Made by a program: the position numbers and the translations under genes. Below are positions 18,872 through 29,020 of a stretch of 64,000 nt of DNA, piece by piece. The stretch is from Promethearchaeota archaeon (GTDB lineage: Archaea > Asgardarchaeota > Lokiarchaeia > Sigyniarchaeales > SOKP01), in the NCBI GenBank assembly GCA_019894975.1, contig JAGXNO010000014.1, positions 1-64,000 of the forward strand, given 5' to 3'. Positions within the stretch are counted from its first letter, which is position 1. Every line of letters starts with the position of its first letter. Below the pieces are notes generated by a model. It was not told the DNA's origin and did not search any database. It saw only the letters and a program-made list of their open reading frames with translations.

Positions 18872-19693
18872 TTAGAATTCAACCATACCTGATTTCTTTA
18901 ATAATATTAAAGCATCTAAAGTCCATATAGGTCTCCACCAAGGTAAGTTTTGATAAACTATTTTAAGGCCTCCATCGTCCTTAAGACCATTAAGAAAATT
19001 ACTTGCTTCACGATCTAACACCTCTTTATCCACATGATCGAGAGAGTGATACCAGTGTCGTCCAAATAAAAGATAATGTTCCTTATTGTTTTCAAAAATA
19101 CTTGGAAGTTGATTAATAATCTGTCGAAGTACTATTTTTTCCTCTTTGGTTTCTCCTAAGTATTTCAAATATACATAATAAGGATACTCATAGAGAGCAA
19201 ATTCCTCTGGAACTGAGCTGTTTGAATAAAAATTTTTAACTTTTTTAAAAAAAGTTGTATCTTTTAATCCCCATTTCTTAAGAAATCCTGATAGAGCAAA
19301 TATTCTTAACTCATCAGGACCACCCCACCATTCTTGAAAAGGATAATTACTCATGTTTTTGGGGGGATGAAAAATATATCCCTCTTCCTTCTGTTCTGTA
19401 ATAATCCATTGAAATAGCTGTTCTGTGATTTTATTATCTACATGTTCCAAAATATCAAGAATATACATCGCAGTTTCAGCACCAATAGCACTACTATCTG
19501 GGCATAATAGATCAGGTTCTAAGCCATTTCCAAATCCTCCATCAACATTTTGGTATGAAAGCAAGCTCTTAATAACATCTTCTTTTCTCCCTTCTTCAAA
19601 GAAATAGGAAAATAACTTACGTTCAAGAAGTCTTCCATTATTGAAAATGAAGTTCTTTATCGTTTTTAACAGATTATGGCTTATTTTTATCAT
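18872..19693 (-). CDS. Prenyltransferase/squalene-cyclase-like alpha-barrel hypothetical protein
   Basis: NGRLLER...YQNVDGGFGNGLEPD, a QxxDGGF repeat. Confidence 0.7.
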   Translation of the reverse strand: MIKISHNLLKTIKNFIFNNGRLLERKLFSYFFEEGRKEDVIKSLLSYQNVDGGFGNGLEPDLLCPDSSAIGAETAMYILDILEHVDNKITEQLFQWIITEQKEEGYIFHPPKNMSNYPFQEWWGGPDELRIFALSGFLKKWGLKDTTFFKKVKNFYSNSSVPEEFALYEYPYYVYLKYLGETKEEKIVLRQIINQLPSIFENNKEHYLLFGRHWYHSLDHVDKEVLDREASNFLNGLKDDGGLKIVYQNLPWWRPIWTLDALILLKKSGMVEF

Positions 19694-19725
19694 TATAGCA
19701 TTTTAGGTATTTTTATTTTTATTCT

Positions 19726-20484
19726 TTAATCTAATATTGTCAATTTTTTTACTTTTTCCATTATTGGGGGTAAAACATCTTCAATTAGTTCGTCGAATCT
19801 TATATCTGCCACCGTATCATAAGGTGTATCACCTTTATTGATGATAATTAACTTAGCTCCACTTTGCTTAGCATATCCAGGCATATTTGCTGCAGGAGAG
19901 ACAACTAAAGAAGAGCCAACCACGAAAAAGACGTCACTTTGCTCAGATCTTCGAATGGCCTCGCTCAATTCATCATAAGGAAGCGGGTCGCCAAAATCCA
20001 CGATACTGTTAATTAGTCTTCCCTCACAATGTGGGCATTTTGGTTGACCTTCTTTGACACCAGCTTGTCTCATACCACGACCCCATTTTGCTTTATCCCA
20101 TCCTGCTTCTTCAAATAGTATCTTTTTATTACATGAAAGACATTTCATGAAAAATTGATTACCATGGAGTTCACTCATTATCTCAAAAGGGATTCCTGAT
20201 TTAGCATGTAACCCATCAATATTTTGAGAAATAACATAATCTAGTTTTTCCATCTCTAATAATTCTACTACTGAAAAATGATTAGCATTAGGTTCTGCTT
20301 GATCCCAAGGAACTTTTGATTTTGGGGGAGGCAATCCTTTATCTCTTCTAGTCCACAAGCCATCTGGACCACGAAAATCAGGTATACCACTACCGGTTGA
20401 ACACCCTGCACCGGTGAATACAACCAATCTTTCAGACTCAGCTATCCATTTTGCTGCTAGATCAATTTTTTCTTCTAAATTCAT
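19726..20484 (-). CDS. cobB: Sir2-family NAD-dependent deacylase
   Basis: FTGAGCSTGSGIPDFRG, SQNIDGLH, ELHG, two CxxC, GSSLVVSPAA. Confidence 0.95.
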   Translation of the reverse strand: MNLEEKIDLAAKWIAESERLVVFTGAGCSTGSGIPDFRGPDGLWTRRDKGLPPPKSKVPWDQAEPNANHFSVVELLEMEKLDYVISQNIDGLHAKSGIPFEIMSELHGNQFFMKCLSCNKKILFEEAGWDKAKWGRGMRQAGVKEGQPKCPHCEGRLINSIVDFGDPLPYDELSEAIRRSEQSDVFFVVGSSLVVSPAANMPGYAKQSGAKLIIINKGDTPYDTVADIRFDELIEDVLPPIMEKVKKLTILD

Positions 20485-20693
20485 AAAAAACATTAAATAA
20501 AGAGGATATAAAAAGGTTTTTGAAATGCTTTAAAGGTGTTTGAATGGTGAAAATAAAGTAGTTTAAATATATTGATATAAATGAAAAAACAGTGGATTCA
20601 CTTGCCCGTTGTTAGAATTTGACATATAATGGGTTTTGCTTTAAAAAAGGTTTAAATAACAGATATTTGGTTACCTATTTAGAAAATTAGGAG

Positions 20694-21098
20694 TTGAGGA
20701 TTATTATCTCACAAGTAGTTAAATTTGATGAAAGTGCTCTTAAAACCATAGAACAAGATTACAAAAAGACTGTGTGTTCAGAGGTACAAGCGAAGTTAAT
20801 TCGCGGGATAGCACAAATTATTTGTGAATTCATAAATATTCCAGAACAGGCTATGAATGGTGCTGCTTTGAATGCTTTAAGAGAATGGGAATCCATAAAT
20901 GATAAAAACGTTAGCAAAATCGCAGACATGCCAATAGGAAAAAGATTAAATGCAGTAAAAGAAATCTTTAGTATTGGTAAGAGAATAATCAAGAAAATGG
21001 CATCAAATCCTAAAGATAAAAATGAAGACTTGATTGATATTTCTTTTGAAAGAGCTTTCAGGTTCTTTCTTAATTATTTCTATCAACATCAACATTGA
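20694..21098 (+). CDS. Hypothetical protein
   Basis: 134-aa helical ORF. The true start may be ATC near 20706, 6 nt after TGAGG. Confidence 0.7.
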   Translation: MRIIISQVVKFDESALKTIEQDYKKTVCSEVQAKLIRGIAQIICEFINIPEQAMNGAALNALREWESINDKNVSKIADMPIGKRLNAVKEIFSIGKRIIKKMASNPKDKNEDLIDISFERAFRFFLNYFYQHQH

Positions 21099-21826
21099 GA
21101 TTTATTAATTATCTGACTTATCAGATTCTGGTAATTGTCTTCTAAATTGTAATAAAAGATCATTTCTTCTGGTTCTTCAATATCATTTAAACTAGTGATG
21201 TTATGCGAATCACATCCCATAGCAACAAGCACCTTTCCTTTTCTTAACTCCTCGAAAAATAATTGGTTTTTACGTGCATAATATTCAGGATACCTTGAGT
21301 TGAATTCAAAATAAATATTATTTTCTTTAAGAAAAGAAATTAGAATATCAAGATTATCATAAATGAAATAGGATGGATCGAAATGAGCTAAACCCAAAAT
21401 GGGAAAATCACTCAAATCGTTTGAAATTTTTTTCCAATAAGTTAGTATGTTCCTTAAAAATGCGAGAGTTTCCACATTTTCAAGATATTCAAATATTATG
21501 AGATCAAAATTTGCAGGTTTAATCTTTCTAATAAACTGTTCAGAACTCGAAAGATCAACCTCAAGACCTTTAAGAATTCTTAATTTTTTTTTTTTATCTC
21601 TTAGATAATTTTGACAAAGTGTTATCTCTGTCAAATATTCCGAGATTTTGTCCTCATTCTTTAATTTTGAAACCCATTCTTTCCAGGAATCTGTGAAATG
21701 ATCTGTAATGGCAATGTAATCTAAATCGGATCTTAAAGCTCTTCCAACGATTTCTTTTATACTATTTTTTCCGTCAGAAAAATTTGAGTGAATATGAAGA
21801 TTAATTTGAGGGTGAAGATTTTTCAT
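21089..21826 (-). CDS. PHP-domain phosphoesterase
   Basis: NLHIHSNFSDG, IAITDH, GLEVD, LAH, GCDSH. Confidence 0.9.
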   Translation of the reverse strand: MKNLHPQINLHIHSNFSDGKNSIKEIVGRALRSDLDYIAITDHFTDSWKEWVSKLKNEDKISEYLTEITLCQNYLRDKKKKLRILKGLEVDLSSSEQFIRKIKPANFDLIIFEYLENVETLAFLRNILTYWKKISNDLSDFPILGLAHFDPSYFIYDNLDILISFLKENNIYFEFNSRYPEYYARKNQLFFEELRKGKVLVAMGCDSHNITSLNDIEEPEEMIFYYNLEDNYQNLISQIINKSQC

Positions 21827-21864
21827 AACTAATTTCTCTTTTATGAAATAGATTATATCTTTAT

Positions 21865-23745
21865 CTAAATTCCAAGTGTTTTGGTTTCTCGATTTAAATA
21901 TAGACTAAATATACCACTGAATAATAAAATTATACCGAAAAATAATAAAACCGAATTGAAAAGAAACTCTGCTGTTTTTTCTAGGATTACGTCACTACCA
22001 ATGGTGATACTTTGTATAGAAATAATATCTAAAATAAGTAAGGTGACTAAAGAAAAAATAAATAGTGCAGATGCGATTTGAATAAGACTTATTAATAAAT
22101 TAATGTAATAGATAAATTTGGATTTGATCCTTCTTAATTCTATTATTCTACCAACTCCTACATCTATAGCCACTTCTTTTTTATTTATTCTTTTTATGAA
22201 AAAATAGACTAATTCTTTAAGAGGAAAAATATCAAAGAAAATTGTACCACTTGAAAAAATGCAAACAAATATTAAGGCACGGATTAAAACAAAAGAAAAT
22301 ATGGTAGTAAATCCCTGTGTGGGAGATATTAATATACCTAAGTTATTTATAATCCAGATAAAAATCCCAACAAGAATAAGAGCAAAAAATTTTATACCTG
22401 CAAAAGTAAAGATTATTGAATGTCGATCTGCAATAGTCAATAGATAATAAGCAATCCCAATAACAAGAATAAATAGTCCTAAAAGAATGGCACTAGGATT
22501 TAAGGCAAATGATAAAATTAAACAGGTGGAACCAACAATTAGAGGTAAGTATGGAAAAAATGGGGCTTTAAATGGACGATCTAGTTCTTTTCTCTTATAT
22601 CTAAGACTAACAGCAGCAAAGTTCACGAACGCTAATCCAAAAAAATAAATAAATGTTGTTATATTTGCTGTGAAACCTACATTGGCGAATATTATCGCTA
22701 AAATTGTAAATACAATCGCGATTCCCGAAGTTATTATCAAAACTAAATATGGTATATTCGTTTTTTTGCTTGTTTTCAATAGTTTCTGAGATACATATTG
22801 ATCTCTTGCTAAAGCATGCATTACACTCACTGCTGACCCTAAAGCGACATTCATTGCAATGAAGGTCGAAATTGTGGCGGCTATACCCATTAGTAAATAT
22901 CCAAAAGGCCCCAAAACATCATTAAGAATCAAAGCTAACAAAATTGGAGATTCGTCGGGATTATCACCAATATTAATCATAGAAACGGTCGTAATCAATA
23001 AATAAATTAAAAGGGTTATTACAATCGCATAAATATTTGTTTTAGGGATATTTTTAGAAGGATTTTTAAGATCAGCATTTAAATAGGCTAAATTTGAAGT
23101 GATACCGGTAAAAAAAATAAAGAGAGATGAGAACATAAGAATTACCAGTAAAAAATTCGTGTCTGAAATTAAAAATCCTGTATCAAAATTCGAAGAATTA
23201 GTAATAGGGGCAATTATAAACCCAGATATAATGAAGATGCCAAAAATTATCAATAATATAATCGTGAGGTTAATTAAAGCCCTTAGCGCAAGTTTTTGAG
23301 TTCTGAATACAACAATAGTAGTAAGCAATATTGATAGCACCGCGATTACAATAGAAAAATTTTGCATGATAGGGGATGGAAAAAAGGCTTTAATAACCAC
23401 AAAAAACGCCTGAGCAGAAAAAGAAAATGTTCCGATATTAGCAATCCATAAGAAAAATCCTATTATAAATGCCAAGAAACCACCTAAGGCTTCCTTACTG
23501 AAGTTATAAGCACCTCCAGAAACGGGTAAGCTAGTTGATAATTCACTATAATTTAAGGCAGTGAAGAAAATTAATATTCCACCTAGAATTAGACCAATTA
23601 AAACACCTGATTGAGCTTGCCCAATAGCTGTTCCTAATAGTATAAAGACTGAGCCTCCAATTCCACAACCAATTCCATAAAGTATTCCTGAGGATAAACT
23701 TATCGTTCGTGAAGAGGTGATTCCTTCTCGTTCTTTTTCAATCAA
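21865..23745 (-). CDS. APC-family amino acid permease with extra C-terminal TM helices
   Basis: GCGIGGSVF, NYSELSTSLPVSGGAY, KNPSKNIPK, LDRPFKAPFFP. Confidence 0.9.
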   Translation of the reverse strand: MIEKEREGITSSRTISLSSGILYGIGCGIGGSVFILLGTAIGQAQSGVLIGLILGGILIFFTALNYSELSTSLPVSGGAYNFSKEALGGFLAFIIGFFLWIANIGTFSFSAQAFFVVIKAFFPSPIMQNFSIVIAVLSILLTTIVVFRTQKLALRALINLTIILLIIFGIFIISGFIIAPITNSSNFDTGFLISDTNFLLVILMFSSLFIFFTGITSNLAYLNADLKNPSKNIPKTNIYAIVITLLIYLLITTVSMINIGDNPDESPILLALILNDVLGPFGYLLMGIAATISTFIAMNVALGSAVSVMHALARDQYVSQKLLKTSKKTNIPYLVLIITSGIAIVFTILAIIFANVGFTANITTFIYFFGLAFVNFAAVSLRYKRKELDRPFKAPFFPYLPLIVGSTCLILSFALNPSAILLGLFILVIGIAYYLLTIADRHSIIFTFAGIKFFALILVGIFIWIINNLGILISPTQGFTTIFSFVLIRALIFVCIFSSGTIFFDIFPLKELVYFFIKRINKKEVAIDVGVGRIIELRRIKSKFIYYINLLISLIQIASALFIFSLVTLLILDIISIQSITIGSDVILEKTAEFLFNSVLLFFGIILLFSGIFSLYLNRETKTLGI

Positions 23746-23803
23746 ATCTAAATCATTAAAATAATCCTAATGTCATAAAATTTAATTTGAATACAGTTCT
23801 AAA

Positions 23804-25264
23804 TTATGATTTCTCAAGGTGGAATATTCCGGAAATAATTGATAGAATAGATCCAATTAAAAGGAAGACCACCATTAAAAAGGTATTTATATTTACTTCC
23901 CCTACGTCTATTAAATTAAAAAATATTCCTATGACCCAAATTGCAAAAAATATTCCTGCTCCTATTAATATTCCACCAAAAAATTTTGAAGCTCTATAAA
24001 TAGCAGATAATATTTCTAATCTATGAATCCGGCTTTCTTTATCTCTGATTTCCTTTTCTTGATTTTCTAATTCTTCTTTCAGCTGCTGAAGTATGAGACG
24101 AGAATCATTAGTACTACCATCAATTGCTTCTTTAGCTTTTCTTAATTTTTCATGATCGGATTCCATACGTTGTAATTTTTCTGTTATAGCATTTAGACGC
24201 TCTTCTCTTTCAAGATATTCTGTGTTTGATGTTTCTATATCTTTCTTTAGATCTTCAATCCTTTTTTCATTTATATCAATTAAATTTTGTTTACCATTTA
24301 GTTGTTCATCAAAAGATTCAGTTGAGTCTTTTAATTCTTGAATTCGAGATTCCATGTCAATTAATTGCTGTTGCTTATCTGCGAGTTGTACTTTATATTT
24401 AGCAAGAAGTTCTTCATATGTTTCTCTTTGTTTTTCCATTTCAGGAAATCCATCATGATAATCTTCGATTCTTTGTTCGACATCTTTTATCCTAATTTCT
24501 TTTTTATCAATTTGTTCTGTTAGAAGTTTCTTTTCCTCTTCCTTTGCTTGTATTTCAGAATTAGAATGTTCTAATTCTACTTTATTTTTATTAAGATAAA
24601 ATCGTAATGTTTCGTTTTCTGCACTTTGACTCTTTATCTTTTTCTCAAGAGATTCTGATTCTTCCCTTTGTTTTTCCAGTTTAGTTTCGTTTTCTAAAAT
24701 TTCTTGATTTAATTTGGATATTTTTCCTCTCAGTTCATCTTGAGAGGAAACTTTTTCTTTTACAGAGTCAGTAAGAACAATTAAATCAACTTGTCTACTT
24801 TCATATGTTTTGACTAATTGTTCATTATTTCTTAATAATTCCTTATACTCCTCATCTAGGTTATCTTTGCTCTCTTTAGTTATTTCAAATCGTTCATCCA
24901 AATTTTTCATTTCTTCAGTTCTTCGATTGTACTTGTCTTCAAGTGCCGAAATTGTCTCTTCAATGGCGGTTAAATATTCTTCTTTATCATCAATTTTTTT
25001 TGTTATTGTGTCAAGTCTAAGGTGTGCCTCTCTTAATTCTTCGCTTATTTCTTCTACTGGTTTTTTATCTTTTTCTTTCTCTTCTTCTGATTCACCATCA
25101 GTTATAGTTTCTGAGATATTTTCAATACTACTCTCAAATGTTCTCAATTTTTTATCGATCATATCTCTGGAATTTTTAGCTTTAGATAAAAACTCCTTAT
25201 CTATTCTCTCTGTATCCTTTTCTGGTTTAATTTCCTTTTCTTCTCTTTCAATCTCGTCTGTCAT
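23804..25264 (-). CDS. Long coiled-coil protein with C-terminal two-TM anchor
   Basis: About 420 aa of E/K-rich heptads followed by two hydrophobic helices. Confidence 0.8.
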   Translation of the reverse strand: MTDEIEREEKEIKPEKDTERIDKEFLSKAKNSRDMIDKKLRTFESSIENISETITDGESEEEKEKDKKPVEEISEELREAHLRLDTITKKIDDKEEYLTAIEETISALEDKYNRRTEEMKNLDERFEITKESKDNLDEEYKELLRNNEQLVKTYESRQVDLIVLTDSVKEKVSSQDELRGKISKLNQEILENETKLEKQREESESLEKKIKSQSAENETLRFYLNKNKVELEHSNSEIQAKEEEKKLLTEQIDKKEIRIKDVEQRIEDYHDGFPEMEKQRETYEELLAKYKVQLADKQQQLIDMESRIQELKDSTESFDEQLNGKQNLIDINEKRIEDLKKDIETSNTEYLEREERLNAITEKLQRMESDHEKLRKAKEAIDGSTNDSRLILQQLKEELENQEKEIRDKESRIHRLEILSAIYRASKFFGGILIGAGIFFAIWVIGIFFNLIDVGEVNINTFLMVVFLLIGSILSIISGIFHLEKS

Positions 25265-25664
25265 AGTGTCATTTTTTGAATATTGGAAATAAAATATCTT
25301 TACTCATATAAAATTAGAATTAGAAATTATAATATTTAATTATTGCAGTTGCAAAATCTATTTTGTTCAAATAGTTTTCGATATAAATAGAACATTATTT
25401 TGCACATCAATTTATTCTTATGCATAATACTTATTTTAGCTATTTAAATTTTGATTTTTTTTCTTTTTTCTCTGTGAATTTGGATAAATTAAAGGGATAA
25501 CTTTAAATATTACCGATACAGAATTGAGACTTGGGATTTTTCTATCTCATTTATTATTGAAACATTGAGTTAGTGTGAATTTCAAGAGTATATGTAAATA
25601 TGTATAACTCTATTATTGTAATTCAATCTTAAAGGGAAACATAAAAGCTCCTATATGCTTGACC

Positions 25665-26645
25665 TTATTTTGATTGATAGAAATCCATAAAGTTAATGAC
25701 TTCTTCATAACTTGTTTTTGGCATTGGTCCAAAGGATTGGACCTTTAATGCACCTACAGCATTAGCAAATTTAGTTGCTTTTGTTAAATCCCACTTATTT
25801 AAATATGCTACGATAAAAGCCCCTCCAAATGAGTCTCCTGCCCCAGTTGGATCGATTTCATCAGCTTTATATCCTGGAATGTGTGTTCCATGTTTTTGGT
25901 CTTTTGAAAATATCATCGATCCTCTTTTACCTTGTTTTAAAACTACTATTTCAGGGCCCATATCTAATAATTTAATACAGGCTTCTTTTTCCCCTTTAAC
26001 CCCAGCTAACATCTCTGCTTCTTCTCCACTTGGAAGTAAGATTGTTGTATTCTCCAACACAGGTTTGCTAATATTCAATATAATTTCTATGTCTAGCATC
26101 TCGGGCCTAAGATTTGGATCAAATGAGATTAGTACATTTGGATTTTTCTCCTTGGCTAATCTAATCGCCTTATAACATGCTTCCCGAGATTGTTTACTGA
26201 TTGAAAGAGAACTCCCCATTATATGAAGATTTTTTATATTCTCAAAATAATTCTCTTTCACATTGAGAGGAGAAGTATCTCCCGCAGCACCCGCAGCAAA
26301 AATGAACTTACGAGTGCCATCAGAGTTATACTGATTAAAAGCTATCCCTGTAGTTTTATCTTTAGCTACCTGTATCTGAGAAATATCAACTCCATCTTCT
26401 ATTAATTTCTCTTGAATACAATTACCAAACTCATCATCACCAACTATCCCTATAAATCCTACTGTTATACCAAATGGTTTTCCCATACGAGCAGCAGAAT
26501 CAATAAAAATTGCGGGGGCTCCACTTGGAAAGGGCCCCTTATAGAAAGATCCAATTTGACCATGAGGTATATCAACTTCAGTCCGCATAATCTCAACTAA
26601 TAATTCACCAACTGAAATAATATCTGGGGTCGTTCTTATTTTCAT
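25665..26645 (-). CDS. PfkB-family sugar kinase
   Basis: PSGAPAI, VGDDEFG, SFDPNLR, DPTGAGDSF. Confidence 0.93.
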   Translation of the reverse strand: MKIRTTPDIISVGELLVEIMRTEVDIPHGQIGSFYKGPFPSGAPAIFIDSAARMGKPFGITVGFIGIVGDDEFGNCIQEKLIEDGVDISQIQVAKDKTTGIAFNQYNSDGTRKFIFAAGAAGDTSPLNVKENYFENIKNLHIMGSSLSISKQSREACYKAIRLAKEKNPNVLISFDPNLRPEMLDIEIILNISKPVLENTTILLPSGEEAEMLAGVKGEKEACIKLLDMGPEIVVLKQGKRGSMIFSKDQKHGTHIPGYKADEIDPTGAGDSFGGAFIVAYLNKWDLTKATKFANAVGALKVQSFGPMPKTSYEEVINFMDFYQSK

Positions 26646-26736
26646 TTATAATCTTCTTCAACTAATTAAAATAAACTTATTAGTTTTTCATAACGTATTA
26701 AAAAGGTAAGAGAATAAGATTATGAGAGCTTGCGAT

Positions 26737-27645
26737 TTACCCAAATTTTTGGCGAAAGGATTCAATTGTAGAAGAAATTTCATTTAAATGTATTTTTAAT
26801 TCTTTAGGGTTGGTTCCTTTTAATTTATCTAAATTTCCGATAACATCTTTCAGTTCGTCAACCCATAAATTCATTAAAATTTCTCTTTCTTTATTTTTAC
26901 ATGCTAATTTAATTTCATCATTAATCCATTCTTTAGCGTTCTCAAATATCTGCTTTTTAAGCACATCTACTGTTATTTTGATCAAATCCTGTTGACTTTT
27001 AAGATCTTCCAGCTTAGGTTTAAGATTATTTCTAAATTCAGTGGTATCTTCCTCGAAGTTTTTTAACATATCTCTAAGTACTTCTTCTTTTGTATCAAAC
27101 TCTTCTTTCATCCCTTGAAATTTAAGTGAAAAGTCACTATTTACTGCTTGAATGCTTTCAATTATGATTTTGATTTTGTCTTCAACATTGTTGAATTGAT
27201 TCTTAATAGTATCCTCAAGTTTTTTAGATGAGTTTCCTAATTCCTCTGTGATAGTTGCGTAATTTCCATCTATATTAACTTTAAGGGTATTGACTTTTTC
27301 TTTTAACTCTTGATCAAAGATATTAGTAATATCTTCAATCTTTTTGTTAATATTATCAATTTTTTCTTTCAATCCCTCCTCGAGTTTGTCTAATCTATCA
27401 GATGAATCTTGTTCAATTTTATTAATTTGGCTAGTTAAATTCTGATTAAGTTTATTTACTTCATCATCAATCTTCTGTCCAATTTTTTTTAATTGATCAT
27501 TTAATTTTTTATCAGTTTTATTCACTTGATCAAGAGTTTTCTGATCAAGCGATTTGATTTGTTGATTCAACTTCTGATCAATTTTCTTTATCTGTTCCTT
27601 CAATCCCTGTAATTCTTTTTGTGGAATTTCTTCTGAATTTGAAAT
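26737..27645 (-). CDS. Coiled-coil protein with 11-residue repeats, probable ATT start
   Basis: SD GGAGGGA, then TAA immediately followed by ATT TCA AAT (SNSEEIPQKELQG), in frame with the tracked 27603 ORF. Hendecad repeats IKKIDQKLNQQ/IKSLDQKTLDQ/VNKTDKKLNDQ. Confidence 0.75.
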   Translation of the reverse strand: MSNSEEIPQKELQGLKEQIKKIDQKLNQQIKSLDQKTLDQVNKTDKKLNDQLKKIGQKIDDEVNKLNQNLTSQINKIEQDSSDRLDKLEEGLKEKIDNINKKIEDITNIFDQELKEKVNTLKVNIDGNYATITEELGNSSKKLEDTIKNQFNNVEDKIKIIIESIQAVNSDFSLKFQGMKEEFDTKEEVLRDMLKNFEEDTTEFRNNLKPKLEDLKSQQDLIKITVDVLKKQIFENAKEWINDEIKLACKNKEREILMNLWVDELKDVIGNLDKLKGTNPKELKIHLNEISSTIESFRQKFG

Positions 27646-27665
27646 TTAAATCCCTCCTTAGTCTA

Positions 27666-28712
27666 TTACACGTTATATATATTATTTTGATGAATTGTAT
27701 CTTTATTACTTTCTTGATTTTCTTTTTTGAGTTGAGAGTTGATTATCATTAACTCATTTTCCTCTCTATTTAATTTTTGAAGCAATTCACTGTTTTGTTC
27801 AGAATCGCTTTTAGATGAATTTAATAAAGCTGCTAGTGTATCAATTACCTCTCCTGTTGATTTAATATTAGACTTCTTTATATGAGCCAAAGCTTTTTCT
27901 AACTCAGAAAGGTTTATTAAAAACTGATCGAGTATATTATCCTTCTGATGCCTAACTTTATCTATTTCTTGTTGGATAAATTCATTATATTTTAATTCAT
28001 TAATTTCCTCATCAGTTGAATCTTTAGGTTTGTGTTCAGTTTTTATCTTCATTGATTTTAATGCAGAATCAATGGATTTTAGGTTAATCAATTTACTCTT
28101 CAAAGATTTCTCATCTTTATGGATTGATTTTAAAAAATCTTCAGCTGAATTTTCTTTAATAAGATCGGGTGTTAGTAACTCTGCTCTCTGCAGATAAGTA
28201 TATAATAATAGTTCAAAACATTCTTTAACATTCAAAGAAGTTTTTGCAGACATCAGAATAAAATGATCCCTCTCACTAAAGAAATTTTGAAGGAGATTTT
28301 TAATACCAACATTCTCATCAAAGAGGTCTAGCTTATTGCCAACAAAAAGTGAAATACATTCATCTGTCGATTTATTTATTTTTTCCTCAAAGTCCTTTTT
28401 AAGATTCTGTAAGGTAACTTCTGGTTTAGTTAAGTCAAAAACGAGTAAAGCCAGATCGGCATTAGAGTAATGAGCGGGATTATAGGGATTGAAGGATTTT
28501 TGACCCCCCAGATCCCATACAGTTAATCTAATTATTTTCGATGTTGTGCTCAATGAATATTCCTTTTTAAATGTAAGACTCCCAATTGTAGGCATATATG
28601 TCTCAGGAAATTCCTCTCCTAAGAAAGTGTTTATAATAGCCGTTTTTCCTACTTCTCCATTTCCAAGAACAATCAGTTTTAAGTTAATTATGTCTGCCAA
28701 TCGATTAATCAT
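27666..28712 (-). CDS. Rab/Ras-like small GTPase with C-terminal coiled coil
   Basis: G1 GNGEVGKT, G2 YMPTIG, G3 WDLGGQ, G4 NKLD, G5 SAK, then a helical tail of about 170 aa. Confidence 0.92.
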   Translation of the reverse strand: MINRLADIINLKLIVLGNGEVGKTAIINTFLGEEFPETYMPTIGSLTFKKEYSLSTTSKIIRLTVWDLGGQKSFNPYNPAHYSNADLALLVFDLTKPEVTLQNLKKDFEEKINKSTDECISLFVGNKLDLFDENVGIKNLLQNFFSERDHFILMSAKTSLNVKECFELLLYTYLQRAELLTPDLIKENSAEDFLKSIHKDEKSLKSKLINLKSIDSALKSMKIKTEHKPKDSTDEEINELKYNEFIQQEIDKVRHQKDNILDQFLINLSELEKALAHIKKSNIKSTGEVIDTLAALLNSSKSDSEQNSELLQKLNREENELMIINSQLKKENQESNKDTIHQNNIYNV

Positions 28713-29020
28713 CTAGAAAAGCAATTTTTATAAATTTGTAAAAATTTTGAAAGGTGTCTAGGTCATTTCTTAATTACTATTTAATTCTTAAAAACAAAAT
28801 AGGATACAGATATTTAAACTTATTTAGAACAAGCTTTCTTCCTTCTGAGTATGAATCGATTTGAATCAAAAAACAGCTGATATAATTAAAAAATTGTTAG
28901 GTCACTTTTACCTTCTTTTCTAAGCAATGCTTTTAAAGAGTTAAAAACTTTTTATTTTTTCCATTTCTTATAGGATCAATATTAAAATAAAATTTAAAAT
29001 AATAATAGTTGTTTAAGGAA

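Noticed and set aside
19726-20484. Sir2-HerA defence system
   Set aside because: The sirtuin is a zinc-binding CobB-type deacylase, about 14 kb from the broken HerA fragment, not a defence-type SIR2.
24810-25292. 160-aa Ser/Leu/Phe-rich plus-strand ORF and the other short tracked ORFs overlapping real genes (e.g. 426-614, 25879-26175, 41250-41600, 50686-51114)
   Set aside because: They are antisense or alternate-frame shadows of well-supported genes, with no motifs of their own.
25265-25664. Possible ncRNA in the 400-bp intergenic gap (also 15232-15696)
   Set aside because: Very AT-rich, with only promoter- or terminator-like tracts and no stable structure that I could support.
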